Shown: one piece after another, positions 56,061 to 64,000 of the stretch
Layout: each line of letters begins with the position of its first letter
Numbering within the stretch: the first letter of the stretch is position 1
Source: Myxococcales bacterium
Lineage (GTDB): Bacteria > Myxococcota_A > UBA9042 > JABWCM01 > BTVJ01
Assembly: GCA_045863395.1 (NCBI GenBank)
Contig: BTVJ01000017.1
Span: 50,692-114,691, forward strand
Reading direction: 5' to 3'
DNA length: 64,000 bases
Notes under the pieces: model-generated
Told to the model about the DNA's origin: nothing
Databases searched by the model: none
Seen by the model: only the letters and a program-made list of their open reading frames with translations
Translations under genes and position numbers: made by a program

Positions 56061-57419
56061 TCCGTTCTTGCCGCCCTCAGGCCGTTCAGCTCGGCTGCCG
56101 TCCAGCCCGCTCGCAGCCCACGCCGCAACAAGATATCCTGTGCCTCGATCTCCAACAAGGCCGACTCTTCGACACTGGATGGCGCTCTTCCCATCTTGCG
56201 ACGCTGCCCGATGTGGATGAGCTCTTCGACGACCTCGATGCGACGAGCGTTCTCGCGGAGCATCATAAGTGGCCCTGACTCGGTCTCCATGAGCACCGCA
56301 CCCGCTCCCCTGGCATTCAGGTATGCGATGTCATCGGAACCCTCTGCCGCAACGAGGACCTGGATGCCGCGCTTGTCGAGCGCCTTGGCGATCTTGTCGA
56401 GCTTTGGCCTGTCGAACACAGGGCCGACGCGTCCGACATCACCCATGACGCTCGTTAGCAGCGCCTCAGGTGGCTCGGGGCCGGAGCCCAGCGCCGTTGA
56501 TCGGTCTGCCCACTCCCCCCGCCAGGGAATCTCGACCTCCCGGTCATTCGGCCGCCCTAGCGGGTGCGGGTACTCGCGCCCGGCGCCGTCCCGGAAGTCC
56601 TCGTCCAGCTCCCGCACTTGCTCGTGCGCTGCGTAGGAGTCGAACCTGGACGATCCCCGGTGCCTCGTCCACGTGCCCCTCCGCCCGCACTTGCTCGTGC
56701 GCTGCGTAGGAGTCGAACCCCGTGCGGTCGTCGAACGTCGCCACCAGAGTCTTCTGGTAGCCCGGGTCCTCCGCGTCGGCCCTGGCCAGGTCCTCGTGGT
56801 GCGCCCGGTTGTACGCGTGCGCCAGCTCCGTGCGGACGATGCGCTCGGCCCTCGACTGGCGGTGCGAGTCCGTCGAGTTCATGCCGAAGTAATCCTGGGC
56901 CAGCAGGCCATGCCGACTGGCCAGGTCGCGCACCGTCTGGCTCCAGGGCTCCTCCCGGACCAGGCCGTCCATCAACCGCTGCTGCACACGGCGCCGCAGG
57001 TCCGTCGCGTAGGCGCTGGCGCTCGCCGCGTGCTTGTCGAGGAGCACCTCGTCGTCGAGCGCGAGGAGCGCCTCCCACGACGTGGGCCTGACCGTCCCCT
57101 CAAACTGCCGGCTGAAGGTCTTCACCTGCTCCGTCAGGTGCTTGTTGGCGAGGATATAGGCTTCCGCCGCCCCCTCATCGAGGCCTTCGCGCATGTCCTC
57201 GGCGAGCTCGCCCAGCGCCTCGTTGACCCGCGCCCGCGCCACCCGTTAGTGCTGCGCCGTGAAGGTGTCGGCCTGCACGCTGGCGAGCTGGTCGAGCAGC
57301 TCCTGTCGCCTCGCCTCCAGGATCCGGTAGAGCCGCCTCCGCTGTGCCAGACCGAGCCTGTCGAGCTGCGCCCTCTGCCGCTCCAGCATCGCGCGTACTT
57401 CGTCGCGCGACCCCGGCAT
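56024..57419 (-). pseudogene. Phage head morphogenesis (MuF) protein with C-terminal zincin-like toxin domain
   Basis: 'RAERIVRTELAHAYN', 'D.RT', 'HP..RPNDR'; tail 'EELIHIGQ...EIEAQDILL'; TAA at 57246-57248 and a 73-bp insertion. Confidence 0.8.
56611..56719. repeat. 36-bp perfect direct repeat flanking a 37-bp insert
   Basis: cccgcacttgctcgtgcgctgcgtaggagtcgaacc at 56611-56646 and 56684-56719. Confidence 0.95.
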
Positions 57420-57422
57420 GGA

Positions 57423-57560
57423 CTACTCGTGCGGCGGTCCTTCGCCTTCGTCGCCTTCGTCGCTGCCGGCGTCGTCTTCGGCTTCTTCGCCCGGACGCAC
57501 CGCCGGGATGATGTCCGCCTCGTACTCCGCGGCGATTCGCTTCATCTCAGCAGCCGGGGA
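57423..57560 (-). pseudogene. C-terminal remnant of probable phage portal protein
   Basis: 'AAEMKRIAAE' plus acidic tail ending 3 bp before the MuF ATG; positional inference. Confidence 0.5.
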
Positions 57561-58798
57561 ACGGCCTCTGATTTGGTGGACCGCCTCCTTCCCGAGGTCC
57601 CCTATCGGCAGTGGGTCCTCACCTTTCCCTGGGCCTTGCGCACTCGCCTGGCAGTGGACCGCGCGTTGTTCAGCAGGATGCTCCAGGTTTTCCTGGGGAC
57701 GTTGTTCGCGTGGCAGCGACTGCGGGGGAGGAGGTTGGGGTTCGTCGGTGCGGGGAGCGCGCAGACCGGCTCGGTGTCCTTCATTCAGCGGTTCACTCAA
57801 GACCTCCGGTTGTTTCCCCACGTGCATGTGCTCGTGCCGGACGGCCTCTTCCTGCTCCCGGACGACGGCGCCGCAGACTGCCAGTTCCACGTCCTGCCGC
57901 CTCCCACGGACGATGACGTCTCGATGCTCACCGTGCGCCTCGCGGAGCGCCTCCAGGGCGTCGCTCAGCGCCATCTGGAGCAGAGCGGTGAGCACACCGA
58001 TGGGTAGGACGCCCACACAGAAGACGCTCTTGTCCGGCAGTGCGCAGACGCGGAGGTGCGCAGCGCGCCCGAGAGCAGGACACACGAAGCTTCCCACCGG
58101 CGCGCGGCCCCCCCCTGTGCGCGAGCATCGAGGGCTTCTCTCTTCACGCAGCCCGGTCCGTCGCCGCCCGGGACCGAACCGGCCTGGAACGTCTCTGTCG
58201 TTACGGCCTTCGGGCACCATTCTCCGTCGAGCGCTTCTCCGTCCTGCCGGACGGCCGGGTCAGCTACGAGCTGCGCAAAGCCGCGGGCGGGCGCACGGAG
58301 CTGAACCTCGACCCGCTCGACCTCTTGCGTCGTCTAGTGGCGCTTCTTCCCGCTCCCTACGGGAACTTGGTCAGATACCACGGGATCTTCGCCAACCGCT
58401 CACGTCTGCGCGAGCGTCTGCCGCGACCTGCGACCTCTCTCTCCCCGGAGCGAGCGAACCTGTGCGGCGCGACGGTCGCTTCTCGTCCAAGTTCGGTGGA
58501 TCCACACGCCAGAACCTCAGCGGGCTCCCCGTCAGCGCCTGCCGAATCGCGGCCTGACGGCCCTCCGCTCAACGGAACGGTGCCTGGCGTAGCAGCCGAC
58601 CCGAGCCTCTCCACGACGCACGACTCGTCGCCGGACGGAGAAGCTGCAGACGGAGCATGCGCGGATCCACCTTTACCCCTGCCCCTACCTCTTGTTACCG
58701 GACCGCGTCCCTGGCCTCGCGCATTGCGAGGCCCCTGGAGTGGTGCGGGCAAACACCCATGGGATCCGGGCGTCTCACGGGACTTGACTTGGCTATGA
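57560..58798 (+). mobile_element. IS91/ISCR-family rolling-circle transposase remnant
   Basis: 'LVDRLLPEVPYRQWVLTFP', 'IQRF', HUH 'PHVHVLVPDG', 'GFSLHA', 'LERLCRY', 'LVRYHGIFA'; 5'-truncated, stop at 58005-58007, frameshift at the poly-C near 58110. Confidence 0.88.
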
Positions 58799-58865
58799 CA
58801 GTACACTTGTCCCTCTCCTGCCCCCCTCCTCGACACACCCACGCATCTCAACTACGCTCCTGCGC

Positions 58866-59603
58866 ATGGACACCCTCACCGAACGGCTCCGAGTCAAGCT
58901 CTCCACGGTGCGCCTCCTGCTCGATCCGGCCCACGACGGCTGGGCCATCCGCTATGAGAAGGAGACCCACGCGGTCCGGAGCCTGCCCCTCGACGACCTG
59001 GACCCTGGCGCCGTCGATGCGGAGGTGCTGGCCGTCGCGGCCGGGATGGAGGCGGCGATCAAGCTGTCCGGGCCGGTCCGCGATGAGCCCTTCGGAGTGG
59101 GGGCGGCCTCGCTGCTCGCGCGGGTCGAGCGCGCCCGGTTCGCCGACGGCTACGATGCTGTGATCGCGGGGCGCGGCGGCGACGACGGGGAGCGGCTCTG
59201 CTACCACGCGCTGGGCGCGGGGCTGATCGCCGCCTACGTCTTCGACGCCGGGTGGAGCTTCACCTACGTGAGCCGCGCCCAGGCCACCCGGTGGGGCGCG
59301 ACGCCTGAGCGCGTCGAGTCGGCGGCCCGCTCGGCGCTGTACGCCCGCGCGGAGATCCCCCACGACCAGCACCGCGTGGCGACCGGCGACGGCTACGATG
59401 CGTCTCGTGCCATGATCGCCTCGGACCTCTTCTACCACCTGGCGACGGCGGACGGTCTCCCCCTGGCCGTCCCTTCCCGCGACCTGCTCCTCGTCGGCCC
59501 GGCCGCGACCCCCGAGGCCACCGCGGCGGCGTTCGCCGAGGCGCGCTACCCCCTCTGCCCGCTCCCCCTCCTGCTGCACCGCGGCCTCCTGCGCGCCGCC
59601 TGA
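58866..59603 (+). CDS. Hypothetical protein (DUF1444-like)
   Basis: 'GDGYDASR' and 'AVPSRDLL' motifs. Confidence 0.6.
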   Translation: MDTLTERLRVKLSTVRLLLDPAHDGWAIRYEKETHAVRSLPLDDLDPGAVDAEVLAVAAGMEAAIKLSGPVRDEPFGVGAASLLARVERARFADGYDAVIAGRGGDDGERLCYHALGAGLIAAYVFDAGWSFTYVSRAQATRWGATPERVESAARSALYARAEIPHDQHRVATGDGYDASRAMIASDLFYHLATADGLPLAVPSRDLLLVGPAATPEATAAAFAEARYPLCPLPLLLHRGLLRAA

Positions 59604-59613
59604 CGCCGAGGGC

Positions 59614-60666
59614 TCACCCCATCACGGCCCGCAGCGCCTCGACGGCCCGGTCGAGGCCCACATCGTCGACGTCCAGGTGGAACACGGCGCGCACCCGCTG
59701 ACCGCGCCCCGAGACGAGCACTCCGCGCTCCCGCAGGCAGTCCACCAGGGCGGGCGAGCCTCCATCGTCCTTCCCCATGGGGTGGGCGGGGTCGACGGTC
59801 ATGAAGACCAGGTTGGTCTGCACGCGCGCCAGGTCCACGCCCAGCCCCGGCAGCGCCGCTGCGGCCTCTGCAAAGGCCCGAGCCCGCCGGTGATCGTCGG
59901 CGAGCCTCCCCACGTTGTGCTCCAGCGCGTACAGGCCCGCCGCCGCGATGACCCCCGCCTGGCGCATGCCACCGCCGAGCATCTTCCGCCACCGCCGCGC
60001 CGCCCCCACCAACGGCGCCGCCCCGGCCAGTACGCTCCCCACCGGCGCCCCGAGCCCCTTGGACAGGCACAGGGACACGGTGTCGAACGGCTCCGCCAGC
60101 GCCCGCGCCTCCACCCCAGACGCCACCGCCGCGTTCATGAGGCGCGCGCCGTCCAGGTGCAGGGCGAGCCCCCGGCCACGCGCGACGGCCGCCACCGCCA
60201 GCACGTGCTCCTGCGGCAACACCACCCCACCGGCGGCGTTGTGGGTGTTCTCCAGGCACACGAGGCGGGTGTTGGCCACGTGCGGGTCCTCCCCGGCCCG
60301 GATGGCCGCCTCCAGCCCGACAATCGGCAGCGTACCGTCCGGCGACCCCACGGCGCGCACGGTCACCCCCCACAAGGCGGCTGGAGCCCCCGACTCCCAG
60401 TTGTGGATGTGGCACCCCTCGTGGCAGACCAACTCGTCGCCGAACCGCGTGTGCACCCGGACCGCGAGCTGGTTGCTCATGGTGCCGCTGGGCACGAAGA
60501 TCCCCGCCTCCTTGCCGAGCAGCCCGGCCACGCGCGCCTCCAGCGCGTTGACGGTCGGGTCGTCCCCGAACACGTCGTCACCGAGCGGCGCGTCCATCAT
60601 CGCGGCCTTCATGGCCGCCGTGGGCCTGGTCACCGTGTCGCTGCGCAGATCGGTCGTATCGCTCAT
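59614..60666 (-). CDS. ltaE: Low-specificity L-threonine aldolase
   Basis: 'DLRSDTVTRP', 'GDDVFGDDPT', 'SGTMSNQ', 'HLDGARL', 'CLSKGLGAPVG', 'GGGMRQAG'. Confidence 0.93.
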   Translation of the reverse strand: MSDTTDLRSDTVTRPTAAMKAAMMDAPLGDDVFGDDPTVNALEARVAGLLGKEAGIFVPSGTMSNQLAVRVHTRFGDELVCHEGCHIHNWESGAPAALWGVTVRAVGSPDGTLPIVGLEAAIRAGEDPHVANTRLVCLENTHNAAGGVVLPQEHVLAVAAVARGRGLALHLDGARLMNAAVASGVEARALAEPFDTVSLCLSKGLGAPVGSVLAGAAPLVGAARRWRKMLGGGMRQAGVIAAAGLYALEHNVGRLADDHRRARAFAEAAAALPGLGVDLARVQTNLVFMTVDPAHPMGKDDGGSPALVDCLRERGVLVSGRGQRVRAVFHLDVDDVGLDRAVEALRAVMG

Positions 60667-60863
60667 GGGCACCTCCGTCGCGGCATCAACGCGCACTTCT
60701 GGCCGCGGGTCAAGCCCCTGCCCACGCCCGAACAGGGACGCGGACAGCGAGCAGTACGAGGCCGCGGCCCACTCAGCAGCATGAACACGTCCCTGCCACC
60801 CCACTCCGAGGACGGCACGGCGCCCATGGACCTGCGCCGTCCGACGCCGTATCCTCAGCGCCC

Positions 60864-61832
60864 GTGATCGAGGTCTCCGAGCTGCGCAAGACGTACAGCG
60901 TGCCCGTGAAGGAGGCGGGCCTGGCCGGGTCCTTCCGCGCGCTGCTCCACCGCAAGACGCGGGACGTGCACGCGGTGGCCGGCATCTCCTTCCGCATCGA
61001 GCCGGGCGAGCGCGTCGGATTCCTCGGGCCCAACGGCGCGGGCAAGACCACGACCCTGAAGATGCTCTCCGGCTTGCTGATGCCCTCGGGTGGCACCCTC
61101 TCCGTGCTCGGCCACGTCCCGAGCCGCCGCCACCCGGACTTCCTGCGCCGCATCACCCTGGTCATGGGGCAGAAGCAGCAGCTCCTGTGGGATCTCCCCC
61201 CGCGGGAGACCTTCGAGCTCAACCGCGCGCTGTTCGGCCTCCCCCGCGACGGCTTCCGCCGCTCCCTCGACGAGCTGGTCGAGGCCCTGGAGCTCGCCCC
61301 GCTCCTCGACCGCCCGACCCGCAACCTGTCGCTGGGCGAGCGCATGAAGTGCGAGCTGGCCGCGGCGCTGCTGCACCGCCCCGACGTGCTCTTCCTCGAC
61401 GAGCCGACCATCGGCCTCGACGTGACCATGCAGGCCACCGTGCGGCGCTTCATCGCCGACTGGAACCGCCGCCACGGCGTCACCGTCATGCTGACCAGCC
61501 ACTACATGGACGACATCGCGGCGCTGTGCCGCCGCGTCATCGTCATCGACGAGGGCAAGGTCCGGTGGGACGGCGACCTGGGCGAGCTGGCGCGCCGCTA
61601 CGCCCCGGACCGGCGCATCGTCGTGCGCCCCACCCGCCCGGTCTCGCTCGAAGAGGCCCGCGCCGTCGCCCCCTTCGACGCCATCGACGGGTCCCTGTCC
61701 GTGCTGGTGCCCCCCGCCGAGGTCAACGCCCTCGTCGGTCGGGTCCTGGAGCGCCTGCCCGTCGCGGACCTGACCATCGAGGACCCGCCGCTGGAGGACG
61801 TCATCGGCCGCATGTTCCAGGACCGCCCATGA
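60864..61832 (+). CDS. ABC transporter ATP-binding protein
   Basis: GPNGAGKT, LSLGERM, LDEPTIGLD. Confidence 0.93.
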   Translation: MIEVSELRKTYSVPVKEAGLAGSFRALLHRKTRDVHAVAGISFRIEPGERVGFLGPNGAGKTTTLKMLSGLLMPSGGTLSVLGHVPSRRHPDFLRRITLVMGQKQQLLWDLPPRETFELNRALFGLPRDGFRRSLDELVEALELAPLLDRPTRNLSLGERMKCELAAALLHRPDVLFLDEPTIGLDVTMQATVRRFIADWNRRHGVTVMLTSHYMDDIAALCRRVIVIDEGKVRWDGDLGELARRYAPDRRIVVRPTRPVSLEEARAVAPFDAIDGSLSVLVPPAEVNALVGRVLERLPVADLTIEDPPLEDVIGRMFQDRP

Positions 61833-62626
61833 CCCGCGCCCTGCGCGCCTTTCCGTCGCTCTTGCGCACGGGCTTCGCCGAGCTGGTCGCCTACCGCGCC
61901 GAGGTGGTGATCTGGATCCTGACCGCCTCCATGCCGGTGATCATGCTCCTCGTATGGGACCGCGTCGCCGAGGGCGGCCCCGTCGGCCGCTTCGATCAGG
62001 AAGGGTTCGCCCGCTACTTCTCGGCGACCCTGGTCGTCCGGCAGCTCACCAGCGCCTGGATCATCTGGGAGCTCAACGACATGATCCGCACGGGCACGCT
62101 GTCCGCGGCCCTGCTCAAGCCCATGCACCCCCTCGTGTTCCCCGCCGCGGAGAGCCTCGCCAGCATGCCCATCCGCGTGGTCGTGCTCGTACCGCTCCTG
62201 CTCCTCATCTGGCTCTGGCGTCCGGGCATGGGCGTCCACCTGACCCTCGACCACGCCCCCCTGCTCGCCGCGTCCATCGCCATGGCCTGGGCCACCAACT
62301 ACCTGGTCCAGTGCACGGTCGGCGCCCTCGCCTTCTGGGTGGACCAGTCGGTGGGCATCTACAACGTCTGGTTCGGCCTGTGGTCCCTGTTCAGCGGCTA
62401 CCTGCTGCCCATCGAGCTGCTCCCTGCCGGCTTCGCCGAGGCCGCCCACTGGCTCCCCTTCCGCGCCATGCTCGGCGTCCCCGTGGAGATCGTCGCGGGG
62501 ATGCTCCGAGGAGCCGACGCCCTCGGCGCCATGGCCCTGCAGGGGGCGTGGCTCCTGGTCGCCTGGCTCGTGCTGCGCCTGGTCTGGGCGCGGGGCCTCC
62601 GCCGCTATGGAGCCTTCGGAGCATGA
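61829..62626 (+). CDS. ABC-2 family permease (DUF990-like)
   Basis: 'YRAE', 'IRTGTLS..LLKP', 'FSG.LLP'; six TM segments. Confidence 0.88.
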   Translation: MTRALRAFPSLLRTGFAELVAYRAEVVIWILTASMPVIMLLVWDRVAEGGPVGRFDQEGFARYFSATLVVRQLTSAWIIWELNDMIRTGTLSAALLKPMHPLVFPAAESLASMPIRVVVLVPLLLLIWLWRPGMGVHLTLDHAPLLAASIAMAWATNYLVQCTVGALAFWVDQSVGIYNVWFGLWSLFSGYLLPIELLPAGFAEAAHWLPFRAMLGVPVEIVAGMLRGADALGAMALQGAWLLVAWLVLRLVWARGLRRYGAFGA

Positions 62627-63408
62627 CCGCCCGCAGCGCCATCCTCGCCCAGTGGCGGGTCGCCTGGATGACGGCGCTCCAGTACCGCTCCAACTTCGCC
62701 GCCGAGGCGGTGATGACCCTGTTCTGGCTCGGCTGGACCATCGCCCCCCTGCTCTTCGTGTTCAACCGGAGCGGCGCCATCGCCGGCTGGACCTGGGACG
62801 AGGCGCTGATCGTCACCGGCTTCTTCGTGACGCTCCAGGGCCTCCTCGAAGGAATCGTCGACCCCAACCTGCGCGCCGTCGTGGAGCACGTCCGCAAGGG
62901 GACCCTCGACTTCGTCCTGCTGAAGCCCCACGACGCCCAGCTCCTGGTGAGCTTCAGCCGCACGGTTCCTGCGAAGGTCTTCCACGTCCTCGGCGGCCTC
63001 GCCCTCGTGGTCTGGGCCACCGCGCGCCTGGAGCGCCCCCCGTCGCCCGCCGACGTGGCCATCGCCGCGACGTTGCTGGTCACAGGGGCCCTCGCGCTCT
63101 ATGGCCTGTGGCTCATGATCGTGAGCACGGCCTTCTGGTTCGTGCGCATCGACAACCTGTCCTACCTGCTGACGTCTGTGCTGGACGCGGGCCGCTGGCC
63201 GGTCAGCATCTACCAGGGCGCCGTGCGCTTCGTCCTGACCTTCATCGTCCCCGTCGGAATCATGACCACCTGGCCCGCCCTCGCGCTTCGGGGCCTCATC
63301 GACCCGTCGGCGGCCCTCGTCGCGGCAGGGACCTGCGCCGCGTTCCTGCTGCTGAGCCGCCAGGTGTGGCGCGTCGCGCTCCGCCACTACTCTTCGGCGT
63401 CGAGCTGA
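62623..63408 (+). CDS. ABC-2 family permease (DUF990-like)
   Basis: 'QYRSNF', 'GTLDFVLLKP', 'Y.SASS'. Confidence 0.88.
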   Translation: MTARSAILAQWRVAWMTALQYRSNFAAEAVMTLFWLGWTIAPLLFVFNRSGAIAGWTWDEALIVTGFFVTLQGLLEGIVDPNLRAVVEHVRKGTLDFVLLKPHDAQLLVSFSRTVPAKVFHVLGGLALVVWATARLERPPSPADVAIAATLLVTGALALYGLWLMIVSTAFWFVRIDNLSYLLTSVLDAGRWPVSIYQGAVRFVLTFIVPVGIMTTWPALALRGLIDPSAALVAAGTCAAFLLLSRQVWRVALRHYSSASS

Positions 63409-63481
63409 CCCTTGACGGCCTCGCCGGAGTCGGGCAAGACTGCGCGCGGCGGGGACCAACCCACAACGCGAGGAGAGCACG

Positions 63482-64000
63482 ATGCAATGGCTTCGGAGGG
63501 CGCTCGGCGCCCTGGTGATCACCCTGGCCCTGACCTCGGCGGCCTTCGCCGACCTGCGGGTGGGCGCCTCGGTGACGGTGGAGTGGAAGGGCTCCTGGTA
63601 CCCGGCCAAGATCCTCGAGGTCAAGGACGGCAAGTACAAGATCCACTACGACGGCTACGACGCGAGCTGGGACGAGTGGGTCACCACCGCCCGCATCAAG
63701 GAGGCCTCCACGGCGAGCGCGTGGAAGGTGGGTGACGCGGTGTCCGTCGAGTGGAAGGGCTCGTGGTACCCGGCCCGCATCCTCGAGGTGAAGGACGGCA
63801 AGTACAAGATCCACTACGACGGCTACGAGTCGAGCTGGGACGAGTGGGTCACCACCGCCCGCATGAAGGCCGGCGGCGGCGGCGACGCGTGGAAGGTCGG
63901 CGACCCGGTCTCCGTGGAGTGGAAGGGCAAGTGGTACCCCGCCTCCATCCTCGAGGTGAAGGACGGCAAGTACAAGATCCACTACGACGGCTACGAGTCG
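63482..64000 (+). CDS. Secreted Tudor-knot/Agenet repeat protein (3' end outside window)
   Basis: Signal peptide; three near-identical repeats 'VG..V.VEWKG.WYPA.ILEVKDGKYKIHYDGY..SWDEWV' (third cut by the edge). Confidence 0.85.
   Translation, partial: MQWLRRALGALVITLALTSAAFADLRVGASVTVEWKGSWYPAKILEVKDGKYKIHYDGYDASWDEWVTTARIKEASTASAWKVGDAVSVEWKGSWYPARILEVKDGKYKIHYDGYESSWDEWVTTARMKAGGGGDAWKVGDPVSVEWKGKWYPASILEVKDGKYKIHYDGYES

Noticed and set aside
56611..56719. Bona fide CRISPR array
   Set aside because: Only two repeats, no leader or cas genes in the window, and the repeat is MuF coding sequence; kept only as a possible off-target integration
56700..56722. tRNA gene or tRNA-derived att site (GGTTCGACTCC T-loop-like motif on the minus strand)
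   Set aside because: No cloverleaf or CCA context; the motif encodes GFDS within MuF

Overview
High-GC bacterial chromosomal window, most consistent with Myxococcota or a related deltaproteobacterium (MYXO-CTERM-like tail, many Cys-rich lipoproteins, sigma-54 regulators). About 1-46 kb: a partial VIT-vWA gene; a Cys-rich lipoprotein/propeller/DUF4331/TPR/HupE-UreJ cluster; boxCB; a heme-motif histidine kinase-NtrC-archaemetzincin operon; a HybA/HybB(NrfD)-cytochrome c7 module flanked by three GcvH-like proteins lacking the lipoyl lysine, with divergent sigma-54 promoters; surface proteins and assorted housekeeping enzymes. About 45.9-58.8 kb is an accessory region. It holds a 3.6 kb islet bounded by 21-bp direct repeats (MITE-like palindrome, two nucleotidyltransferase modules including MNT-HEPN), a SWIM-MoxR-DUF2201/vWA-tandem AAA cluster, and an IS91-family remnant. 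It also holds a decayed prophage head module whose MuF gene carries a metallopeptidase-toxin-like tail and a putative immunity gene, and is broken by a 36-bp repeat/37-bp insert/36-bp repeat resembling an off-target CRISPR spacer integration. The window ends with ltaE, an ABC-2 exporter and a secreted Tudor/Agenet-repeat protein. All calls come from reading motifs; no database searches were run.
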